From contig JABVCE010000025.1 of NCBI GenBank assembly GCA_014905635.1, positions 310,001 to 374,000 on the forward strand: a DNA stretch of 64,000 nucleotides, given 5' to 3'. A program made the position numbers and the translations under genes. Within the stretch, counting starts at the first letter, position 1. Each line of letters begins with the position of its first letter. Origin of the DNA: Scenedesmus sp. PABB004 (lineage: Eukaryota). Below are positions 38,801 through 48,378 of this stretch, in pieces. The notes below the pieces were generated by a model. That model saw only the letters and a list, made by a program, of their open reading frames with translations, was not told the DNA's origin and ran no database searches.

Positions 38801-39687
38801 CTGGCGACCGCGCACGCGCTCACGTCGCGCCAGCCGGTGGCGTGAAGGCAGGCCACGCGCGGCGGCGCGGCGCTGTCGTGCGCGCCCGCCGGCGGCTGCT
38901 CGCCGCCCAGTTGCACGTCGACCCGCACCAGCACCGTCTGCTGCTGCTGCTGCTGTTGTGCCGTGTCCGGGCTGCCGCCGACGCGCGCGAGAGGCAGGCT
39001 GACGAGCAAGCGGGTGGCGCCGCCGCCATCGCGCAGCGACGCGTGCAGCAGCCGCCAGGCGGGCGCCGCCGCGGCCGGCGCGCAGCCGAGCGCCGCGCCG
39101 GGGTGCGCCGCCGTCGCGCAGCGCAGCAGCTCCGCCGCGGACAGCTCCAGCTCCAGCAGCTCCCAGCCCGCGCCCGGGGCGCTACCGCGGGCGCCGCCGC
39201 CGCCGCCCGCCGGCGCGAGCAGCAGCAGCGACTGCGACTCCTCTGGCCGGAGCACCAGCAGAGGCCCCGGCGCGAGCCACGCCTGGTCCGGCGCCAGGCG
39301 CTGCAGCGCGGGGTGCTCCAGCTCCGCCAGCAGCTCCGGGCCTGGCGCCGCGCCGGCGCCAGCGGGCGGCTGCAGCGCGTGCAGGCCGAGCACGGCGCCG
39401 CGCTGCGTGAGCACCAGCCAGCTCGGCGCCCCGCCTCGCTGCTGCTCGCACGCCCCCAGCAGCGCGGCGCCGCCAGCCAGCAGCCGGTCGAGGCCGGCGG
39501 CGCGCGTCGCGGTCAGGCGCGCACCGCCCGGGCCCGCCTCCAGGGCCAGCAGCGCCGGGGGCCGCCCGCCGCCGTGCAGCACCAGCGACGCCGCCCCGCA
39601 CGCGCCGCGCGCGAGCTGCTGCTGCTGTGGAGTGGGCACCGGCCGCGCCGCCGGCAGCGGCGGCGGGAGGCCATCAAAGAGGTCCAT
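35879..39687 (-). CDS. Large hypothetical protein, possibly FANCB/FAAP100-like (propeller, coiled coil, beta-sandwich, helical C-terminus)
   Basis: Three long exons (about 39687-38121, 38011-36402, 36307-35879) bounded by GT-AG. The family assignment is a weak, eye-level inference. Confidence 0.55.
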
Positions 39688-40009
39688 GCGCCGAAGGCGG
39701 AGCGCGCGCTGGCGCGCGAGCAGCGGCCGCCCGCGCGCGGCGCGTGCGCGCCAACAACACCGCCGACGTGCGGGGCTGGGACGATCCGCACGTACTGGGA
39801 GTACAGCGCCCGTGCGAAGGGGCGGCGGCCGGCCCCGCGTCGTTCGAGCGCTGTCACGGCGTGCTGGTTCTGCGGCTGCTCTCCTGCGGCGCTGCGCACG
39901 GCGACGCCGCCTCCTGGATCCCGACACCCGCTCCCGAGCACGTTGCCACGCCGCCCACGAGCCCGCCACCGCCGCCCGCCGCGCCCTCGCTCAGCGGCGC
40001 CCTCGCGCC

Positions 40010-40996
40010 ATGGCGGCGCCCTCCCCGAGCCTGTGGCCGCGCCAGCAGGCCCGGCGCGTGCTGGGGCAGCGGGCAGCATTGCCGGCACTCGCTGGGGCCT
40101 GCCTGCTGCTGCTCTTCGTGCTCTGGCCCGCACCCAGCGCCCGCCCGGCGCTGCTGCAGCCGCCCGCGGACGCCACCGACGCAGCAGCGGCGGCCGGTGG
40201 CACCGGCGCGGCGCCGGCAGCAGCAGCAGACGCGGCGGAGCCGGTGCAGGTGCAGCTGTTCGTGATGTCGCAGTGCCCAGGTGCGCGCCGCGCCGGCCGC
40301 GGCGGCCGGCGAGTGCGGCAGCGGCCAGCGCCGCGCGGGCAACCGCCGCGCGCAACCGCCGCGCGCAACCGCCGCCTGCAGACGCGCGCTTCTGCGAGGA
40401 CGCGTTCCGGCCGATCCTTGAGCGCCTGGGGCCGGTCGCGGCGCTGCGCACGGACTACATCGCGGCGCTCAACGCCGAGGGCACGGCCGTGACATGCATG
40501 CACGGCGCGCGCGAGTGTGACGGCAACAAGGCGCAGCTCTGCCTGCAGCGCTACGTGCCGCCGGCGCAGAACGGCGCCTGGTTTGTGCCGGCGCTCAAGT
40601 GCCACATGGGCGGCGACGTGGCCAACACGACGCACCTGGCGGCGTGCATGGCCGAGGTGGGGATGCCCGCCGACCTGCAGGCCAAGGCCGCCGCGTGCGC
40701 GGCGGGCAGCGAGGGCGTGGACCTGCAGGTCAAGTCGGCGCAGGAGGTCAAGGCGCGCGGCGTGGTCAAGAGCTGCACCGTGTTCATCGCCGGCGCCAAG
40801 CGCTGCGTGCGCGACGGCGGGACCTGGTACGACTGCCCCGGCGGCAGCGCCGCCGACGACTTTGTGCGCGCCATCTGCGACGCCCACAAGGCGGCGTCGG
40901 GGCGCGTCGCGCCGCAGTGCGCCGGCGCCGCCGCCGCCGGCGGCGCCGCCCCGCCGCCGCGGCCGCCGGGGGCAGCCCGGCCGGCGGCGCGCCTGA
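40010..40996 (+). CDS. GILT-like (gamma-interferon-inducible lysosomal) thiol reductase; 3' end uncertain
   Basis: N-terminal signal anchor, VQLFVMSQCP|DARFC (CxxS/C-like site split by an intron) and VTCMHGARECDGNKAQLC (GILT CQHGxxECxxN motif). No in-frame stop lies near the expected end (see findings). Confidence 0.8.
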
Positions 40997-41040
40997 GCAC
41001 CGCGCGCGAGGAGGTGGGAGCGGCGGTTGCAGCGAGCGCG

Positions 41041-43278
41041 TCACGCCTCACGCCTCGTCGAACAGCACGGCCTGCAGCAGCGGCACCACCCGCAGCTCGC
41101 CGAGGTCGTCCAGCACGTCCAGCAGCTCGTCCGCCGACTTCGCTGCCAGCACCAGCTCGCGCCTGGGTGCGCGCGCGCGTGCGCGGCGGCGCGGGCAGCG
41201 TGACCGCGCTGCCACGTGCGCTGGGGGCGGCCGCCGGCGCCACAGGAACCCAACCCGTTTGTTTGTGCGCGGGCGCACGCCAGGCGCGCTCTGTAACGCG
41301 TTGCCCCGCGCGTGCGTGCGCCGCCTCCCTCACCTCCAGCTCATCACCGCCGCCGCGAGCACGGCGAGCGGCAGCAGCGAGTCAAACCCGACGACGCGGT
41401 CCCACAGCAGCAGCACCTCGCCCGGCGGGAGCGCGCCGACAAACGCGCCCACGATCCAGGGGAACGCCAGCTCCAGCGCCGAGCCGCCGAGCGCGGTCAG
41501 GTGCGCGGCGACCGCGGGGTCGACCTCCTGCGGGGCGGCGGGCCGAGTCGGCCTGCTCGCCCGTCACGCGCGGCACGGCCACCGCAGCATGCGAGCCCCG
41601 CACGCGCAGCGCGCGCGCCTGCAGCAGCGCCAGGTACGTCGCGGCCAGGACCGCCAGCCCCGCGGCGGGCGCGCGCTCCGCGTTGAGCGTGTGCAGGCGG
41701 CACCAGTGGCGGCAGTACAGCGCCGAGAAGAGGCGGTACACCGCGGCCGGGCGGTCCAGCCCCAGGAAGCACAGCGGCGCGAGGTAGTTGGCCAGGCCCT
41801 GGAACGGCAGCACGCCGCTGGCCGGGTAGGCCCGCAGCAGCCGCCCGCCGCCGGGCGCGGCGTGCTCGGCCGCGAGGCGCGGCGCCACCGGCACCGCCGC
41901 CGCGGCCGCCGCAGCGCCGTCGCGGCTGAACGCCAGCAGCACCGCCCTGCCCGCGGCGGCGGGCGTGGCGGGGGGAGTGTGCGCGAGGCGCGGCGGCGGC
42001 CGCCGCAGCGGCGGCGGGCGCGCGCGCGCGCGCGCGGCGCGCTGCGTGGGCTGCCAGCGACAAAGCGCGCACGCTGCGGCGCACCGCATCGTCTCGGCAA
42101 ATGGAAAGAAGTGTGCGCACTCGGCCACGCGCTGCACGTCGGCGCACGTGAGCACGTCCGTGAGGAGCGCCTGCTGCTCCACGCTGCCGCACAGCAGCTC
42201 CAGCAGCGCCCCGTCCCGCGCGCTGGGCAGGCGCCACCAGTCGGCACGCGCGCCCGCCGCGGCGGCGCCGTCGGCCGCCCCGCCCGGCTCGCCCCCTGGC
42301 GGGGCGCGCTCTGGCGGCGGCGCAGCGTGCAGGCCCAGCGCCGTCGCCCACACCCACGCGCGCTCGCTCGCCGGCACCCCGCAGCGCGCGACCACGCGGC
42401 AGGCCGCCGCGGAGCACGACGCCGCCGCCTGTCGCGCCTGCTGCGCCTGCTGCGTCGCAAACCAGGGGTGCAGCACGTCGTCCGCGCCGACCTGTCGCAC
42501 GCTCGGGCGCAGCTCGGCGAAGAAAGACTGCAGCCACGGCCGCGCCGGCGCCCGCACCACCTGCAGCAGGCTCAGCGGGGCCGCCGCCGGCTGCTGCACT
42601 GCCGCCTCTGCCGCCCCTGCCGCCGCCGGCTGCTCCGCGGTGGTGAGGGCGCGCAGCAGGTCCTCGCCGTCGTACAGCAGCTTGGCCACAGCGGACGCGT
42701 CAACCTGAAAGCCGGCTGCAAAGGCGCCGCTGCCGACGCGCTCCCACGCATGCTGCAGGTCGGGCGCTGCGCGGCGCGGCGGCGGCGGCGCGCAGGTCAG
42801 GTCAGCCGCCGGCCGGGGTGCGCGCGGGCGTTCTGGCGCCGCTGGCACAGTCAGCGCACGCTGGCTGTGCGCAGTGCTCACCCTGCGCGCGGAGCGTGGC
42901 CAGCTCTCGCGCCGAGCGCGGCGCGCCCGCGAGCGGCACGTCTGGCAGCAGCATCTGCGCCGCGGTCAGCCGCTCCAGCACGAGCGCCTGCCAGCGGCGG
43001 TGCGCCGCCGCCAGCACGGCGGCCGCGGCCGCGTCCGGCGGCTGCTGCTGCGGCGCCGACGGTGCGCGCGCGCCGCCCGCGCTGGGCGCCGCGAGGCCCT
43101 CGCGCTCCGAGAACGCCACGCTGGCTGTCAGCGTCGCCACCAGCTCGGCGCTGGGCACCGTGCCGCGCTGCGGCGCCGCGCCGCGGGCGCGCACGACTGC
43201 CTGCTCCGCCTCGCCCGCCAGCTGCGCCAGGCGCTCGTCGCGCGCCAGCACGGCGCTGATGGCGCCACAGGTCGCCAT
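41041..43278 (-). CDS. TBC1 domain family member 19-like Rab-GAP-fold protein
   Basis: DVQRVAECAHFFPF, VLLAFSRD, YPASGVLPFQGLANYLAPLCFL, YRLFSALYCRHWCRLH, AFPWIVGAFVG and VLLLWDRVVGFDS match the TBC1D19 C-terminal domain as I recall it. Confidence 0.8.
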
Positions 43279-43602
43279 CACTGCTGCCTCACCCGCTGCG
43301 GGGCCTCAGCGGGCTGGTGGCGCCGCCGCGGCGCCGCTGCACGTGCGCCGCTGCTGCTGCCGTCCAGCGGCGCCCGCCCGCACTGATCTCGGCCGCGCGT
43401 CCTGGCAAGACCTGGGTGCCGTGGCGCGCAAGCTCGACGAAGCTGGCGGGCTGGCGGCGTCTCGGCGCAAAACCGCCGCGACGCTCGAACGCTCGTTGTC
43501 AGATGGCGCCGCCGCCGGCTGCACGCCCCACTCCGCGGTCCACCGCCGCTCCCCCGCCCCTCTCTGCGGCCCCACAGCGCTCGCGCTCGCACGCCCACCA
43601 CC

Positions 43603-45186
43603 ATGGACCGCGCTGCGCTTGCCGCGGTGCTGCTCGGCCTGCTGCTCGCCGCCGGCCCACCTGCGGTCGCCGCCCGCCGCCTGGCCGACTGGGACGGCTG
43701 GGCCACCGCGCCGCCGTGTCCCAGCGCGCCGACGTGGGACAGCAAGGTCGACGCCAACGGCCGCCGCTGGGGCTGGGCGAGCGGCGCGTCGTGCGCGTTC
43801 AAGGTGCGCGCGCGCCCTCGGGCGCACAGGGCGCATGCGCCCTGTGCGCGCCCTCGCGCGCCGCCGGCGTGAGCGCGCGCACGCCGACTCGGACGGCGCA
43901 GCCCTGGCCTGGCCGCGCGCGCCGCCCGCTCACCGCCGCCGCGCATGCGCGCGCGCGCGCGCTTGCAGGACGACCAGCAGCAGGCGCTGCGCCCCGACGG
44001 GCCGACGCCGAGGCTGGACTGGCTCGCGGTGCAGGCCTGCGGCGAGGCGCCGTCCGCGCTCAACGCCCGCCCTGACGGCGAGGGCCGCCTCTGGGGCGTG
44101 TGGTGGGCCAAGTAAGTGCGCAGCGCCGGCGGCCGTTCGCTCGCCGGCGCGGCCCGCGCGCGAGCGCACGCGCACGCCGGCGCAGCCTCACGCCGCCGCC
44201 TCGCGCCGCCTCGCGTCGCCGCCGCCGCCGCCGATCAGGCCGTGCGCCTTCCGCTCCGCCGCTGGGGCGCCGCTCTATTACGCCACCTACTCCGGCAAGC
44301 GCTACGCCAGCCCGTCGCCGAGCCCCGCGCCGTCGCCGAGCCCCGCGCCGCGCAGCCCGTCGCCGAGCCCCGCGCCGTCGCCGTCGCCGAGCCCCGCGCC
44401 GCGCAGCCAGTCGCCAACCCCCGCGCCGTCGGCGTCGCCGAGCCCCGTGCCATCGCCGATGCGGAGCCCCGTACCGCCGGCGTCGCCAAGCCCCGCGCCG
44501 CCGGCGTCGCCGAGCCCCGCGCCCGCCACGCCGTCGGGGTGCAGCTGCCCCGCGCCGGTCGTGGCGGTCAACGCCTCGGCGCTGGCGGACGCCGTCGTCG
44601 ACCGGCTGTTTGCCCAGTTTGCCGCCGCCACCAAGTGAGCGCGCGCTGCGCTGCACGCCTGGCGAGCCGGCGGCGGCCGCGCGCGCCGTCCTGCGAGCCC
44701 CTCTGCTCACGCTGCCCGCCCGCCACCCCCGCCGCCGCACGCCCCTCATCCAGCGGCTACGAGGACGGCCAGATTGTCGCCGCCGAGGGCCCGTCTTCGC
44801 CGGCGCCGCGCCCCGCGCTGCCCAGCGGGGAGGAGCTGACGGCGGCGCTCCTGGCCGCGCTGGCCGCGGTGCGCGACGGCGGCGGCGGTGCCGCCCCGGC
44901 AGGCTCCGGCAGCCTGAAGCAGGCGAGCGACGACACGCGCGCGGTGCTGGAGCCGACGCGGCCGTCCGACGACGCGCGCGCCACCGACATGCAGCCCCCC
45001 ACGCCCTCGCCGGCGGCGCCCGCCAAGCCCGGCGCGGCAGGCGGCGAGGCCTGGGCCGGCGGCGCGGCCGAGGCGCGCAGCCAGGAGCCGCCCGCGGCGG
45101 CGAGCGTTGCCGGCCTGGCGCAGTCGCAGGTGCCCCTGACGCGCGCCGAGGACACGCCCCGGGCCGCGAGCGGCGGCGGCGCGTGA
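43603..45186 (+). CDS. Secreted Trp/Cys-module (CBM10/dockerin-like) protein A: 2 modules plus a Ser-Pro-rich linker
   Basis: Signal peptide MDRAALAAVLLGLLLA; WATAPPCPSAP..DANGRRWGWASGASCAFK; a second module DGEGRLWGVWWAKPCAFR; SPSPAP repeats. Exons at about 43603-43803, 43969-44111, 44239-44635 and 44754-45186. Confidence 0.75.
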
Positions 45187-45220
45187 GCGATGCTGTGCAC
45201 GGCAACCCGACGCCATGGCA

Positions 45221-45824
45221 CCGCGCTGCCCTACGCGGCGCTGCGCGCGTGACGGCGCGGCGCGCTGCCTGGCCCGCCCGCTCGCCTCGGCTGCAGAACG
45301 ATTTTGTGTCTGTGTGCGCGCGCGCTCGCTTATGCGCCCCTGGTGCGCTGGCCTGACTGCTGGCCTGCATTCCTGCCTCGAGTTCTTCTTCTGACCTTCC
45401 ACACCCCTGCACGCTGTTCACTGGCATCTGTCACCTCACGCACGCACGGCGCCATTTATTCCTGCCGCCGCGGCACTGCCATCGCCCTGTCCCGCATGCC
45501 CCGCTGCTGCGATCGCTCTGTAAACGCCCAGGCCCCGGCCCCGGGCGCGCACGAGAGAGTGGCCAGCGTGCGCGTCACACAGAGAAGGTTGCGCCGCCTG
45601 CCACCAACTCCCTGGTCAAGCCTCGCGCGCACGCAGACGTCCTGGCAGTGCCTCATGCAGCTGCGCCCGGCGGGCGCGCTGCGTCCGGGTCGTTATTCGC
45701 CCGCTCGCCCGCAGAGGTCCGCGGCGCGGCTGCGCGGTCAGGCGCGCGCAGAGGCGACCGCCTGCAGGCAGCCGGCGGGCGCGCGGCGGCGGGTGGGCGG
45801 TGGCGCGGCCGCACACAGCGGCGC
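45221..45824 (+). repeat. Left arm of a ~600-bp inverted repeat (partner 47776-48378)
   Basis: Reverse-complement match to 47776-48378 with only about 7 differences seen by eye; contains TGTAA at 45519-45523. Confidence 0.95.
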
Positions 45825-45847
45825 CGCCTGCCTGGCGCGTCCCTCAC

Positions 45848-47271
45848 CTCGGCAACCGCCTGAGCGGGAGCCTCGCCCCTGCTGACTGCCTGCGCCACGG
45901 CCTCGGCCACCGCCACCGCCTCGGCGGCAGACGAGGTGGGCCGGCTGGTGCTTGCAGGCGCGGCGGCAGCAGGCGTCGGCGACGCCTTGGGCGACGCGGC
46001 GGGCGAGGGCGACGGCGACGGCACAGCTGTGGCGCTGCCGCTCCCGCCGCCGCGCCACGCGCAGGAGGTGCCGTCGGGCAGCTGGCCCCAGGGCCGGCCG
46101 ACCGTGTCGCGCACCGCCGCCGTGCCCGCGGGCTGCGCGGTGCACGCGGGCGCCGTGTCCCAGGTGGGCCGCGGCGCGGGCGAGGGGCTGGGGCTGCGGG
46201 GTGCGCCGGGGGACGGCGGCACTGCGGCGTTGGCAGCGCAGCCAGAGCAGCCGGAGCGCACCGGCGGCCCGCCGCCGGCCTCCGCGTTGGCCCCGGCCTG
46301 GCGGGCGGGCGCGGCCGAGGCGGCGCCGGCCGTGAGTGCGGCCGGCGGCGGCAGGGCGGCAGGGCGGGCGGCTGCCTGGCAGCCCGAGCGGTACGCACCT
46401 GGGCTTTGCCGTCGCCGACAGCCTCGGCCTGCGCGGAGGCGTCCGCACTCGCCAGCAGGTGGCGCCAGTCGCCGCCGCTGGCGCCGCCGCCCGGCACGCG
46501 GCAGCTGGTGTTGGTGGCACGGTCCCAGCCCCAGCGCCGGCCCTTGCTGTCCAGGACGGTGGTGTTGGCGCTGGGCGCCATGCGGCACGCCGGCGCCCCC
46601 TCCCAGCTGGTGGTGTTGGCGTTGGGGGCCTGGCGACGGGCGTCAGGGCGGGGCGGCGTCGGCAGGCGCCAGCCCAGCGCGCACGCAGTGCTCCCCGCCG
46701 CGCCCAGCGCCGTGCCTTGAATGCACAGCTCGTGTTGCGACCCGAGTCCCAGCCCCAGAGCCGCCCCGCGGCGTCGCGCTGCGTGTTGTTGGCGGTGGGG
46801 AAGTAGGCGCACGGCGGCGCGGCGTCCCACGCGGCGTCCTGCGACGCCGCCGCCGTGGCGGCGCCCGCGTCGCCGGCGCGCACGATCAGGGTCTTGGTGC
46901 CGCCCGACGCCGACTGCGCGGCGGTCGCGTTGCGGCCGCCCGAGGCGATGGCGGTGGTGTCCACGGTCGCGCCGCCAGCGGCGTTGGAGGTCGCGGACGC
47001 GGCGCCGCCGGCGCTCTGCGCCGCTGCACGCGACGTCGTCTGCAGCAGCGAGCGCCCTGCGCCGGGATGGAAAGAGAGGTGCGGCGCTGCCGGCGTGAGT
47101 GCATGCGCACCGCGGCAGGAGGGGCGCGCGCGCATGAACTTGCAGGGCCGCAGGCGCGCGCGTGCTGCGCGCCAGCCGGGCGCAGCGCTCACCGTGCGGC
47201 GCGCGGGCGTCGGTGGCGGCGGCGGCCGCGAGCAGCACGGCGGCCAGCAGCAGGGGACAGGGGCGGGCCAT
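45848..47271 (-). pseudogene. Secreted Trp/Cys-module protein B: 3 modules, apparently 3'-truncated by the inverted repeat
   Basis: Signal peptide MARPCPLLLAAVLLAAAAA and modules GRLWGWDSGRNTSCAFK, GRRWGWDRATNTSCRVP, GRPWGQLPDGTSCAWR. The last exon ends at a GAG|GTGAGG donor (45847), about 23 bp from the IR arm, with no recognisable next exon. An unspliced read-through would stop at 45653. Confidence 0.6.
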
Positions 47272-47366
47272 CGTGACGGCGCTCGCAGCGCCGCGCGGCC
47301 GACGGCGCAGGTGGAGGCGGAGGCGACGCGCTGGAGGTGGAGGCGGGGGCCTGGGTGGGCTTGGGC
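46602..47366. repeat. Direct repeat copy 1 (partner 50795-51559): 5' half of genes B and C including introns
   Basis: Near-identical sequence at offset +4193; weaker similarity continues to about 47520/51700. Confidence 0.95.
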
Positions 47367-47775
47367 TTGGGCGCGGGGGGGGGGGGCTCGGGCAGGGGCT
47401 CGGACGTCCGCCTGCGCGGGCGCGGGAGCGTGCGGCGCGGCTTGAGGCGAGCGCGGCGGCGCGCGAGCAGGCGCGGCGCAGAGCGCAGCGGGCTGCACGG
47501 GCGCCGGCAGCGGCCCCTGCGGATGTCAGAGCGCGCATCCACGCTCGGCAGCGCAGATCTGGCCCCGTGGGTGCGCACCCAGCGCGCGCGGGGGGCGGCG
47601 GCAGCGCACCTCGGCGGTCGTCGCGGGGGAAAACCGGCAGCGTGCTCCGGCTCTGGACGTGTGCGTTGCAGCCGCCGCGGGCGGTGCCGGTTGGCGAGCG
47701 CAGCCGGCGGCCGTCACGGCGCAGAACCCGCGAGCACGCCCGGGCGCCCCCGCGCGCGCTCGGAGAGGCCAGACC

Positions 47776-48378
47776 GCGCCGCTGTGTGCGGCCGCGCCAC
47801 CGCCCACCCCCGCCGCGCGCCCGCCGGCTGCCTGCAGGCGGTCGCCTCTGCGCGCGCCTGACCGCGCAGCCGCGCCGCGGACCTCTGCGGGCGAGCGGGC
47901 GAATAACGACCCGGACGCAGCGCGCCCGCCGGGCGCAGCTGCATGAGGCACTGCCAGGACGTCTGCGTGCGCGCGAGGCTTGACCAGGGAGTTGGCGGCA
48001 GGCGGCGCAACCTTCTCTGTGTGACGCGCGCGCTGGCCACTCTCTCGTGCGCGCCCGGGGCCGGAGCCTGGGCGTTTACAGAGCGATCGCAGCAGCGGGG
48101 CATGTGGGACAGGGCGATGGCAGTGCCGCGGCGGCAGGAATAAATGGCGCCGCGCGTGCGTGAGGTGACAGATGCCAGTGAACAGCGTGCAGGGGTGTGG
48201 AAGGTCAGAAGAAGAACTCGAGGCAGGAATGCAGGCCAGCAGTCAGGCCAGCGCACCAGGGGCGCATAAGCCAGCGCGCGCGCACACAGACACAAAATCG
48301 TTCTGCAGCCGAGGCGAGCGGGCGGGCCAGGCAGCGCGCCGCGCCGTCACGCGCGCAGCGCCGCGTAGGGCAGCGCGG
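47776..48378 (-). repeat. Right arm of the ~600-bp inverted repeat; comprises the last codons and 3' flank of gene C
   Basis: Reverse complement of 45221-45824. It includes the coding end ALPYAALRA* and a minus-strand TGTAA (TTACA at 48076-48080). Confidence 0.95.

Noticed and set aside
45221..48378. Inverted repeat interpreted as terminal inverted repeats of a DNA transposon or Pack-type element
   Set aside because: There is no transposase and no clear target-site duplication, and the right arm is the coding end and 3' UTR of gene C. A local inverted duplication explains it better.
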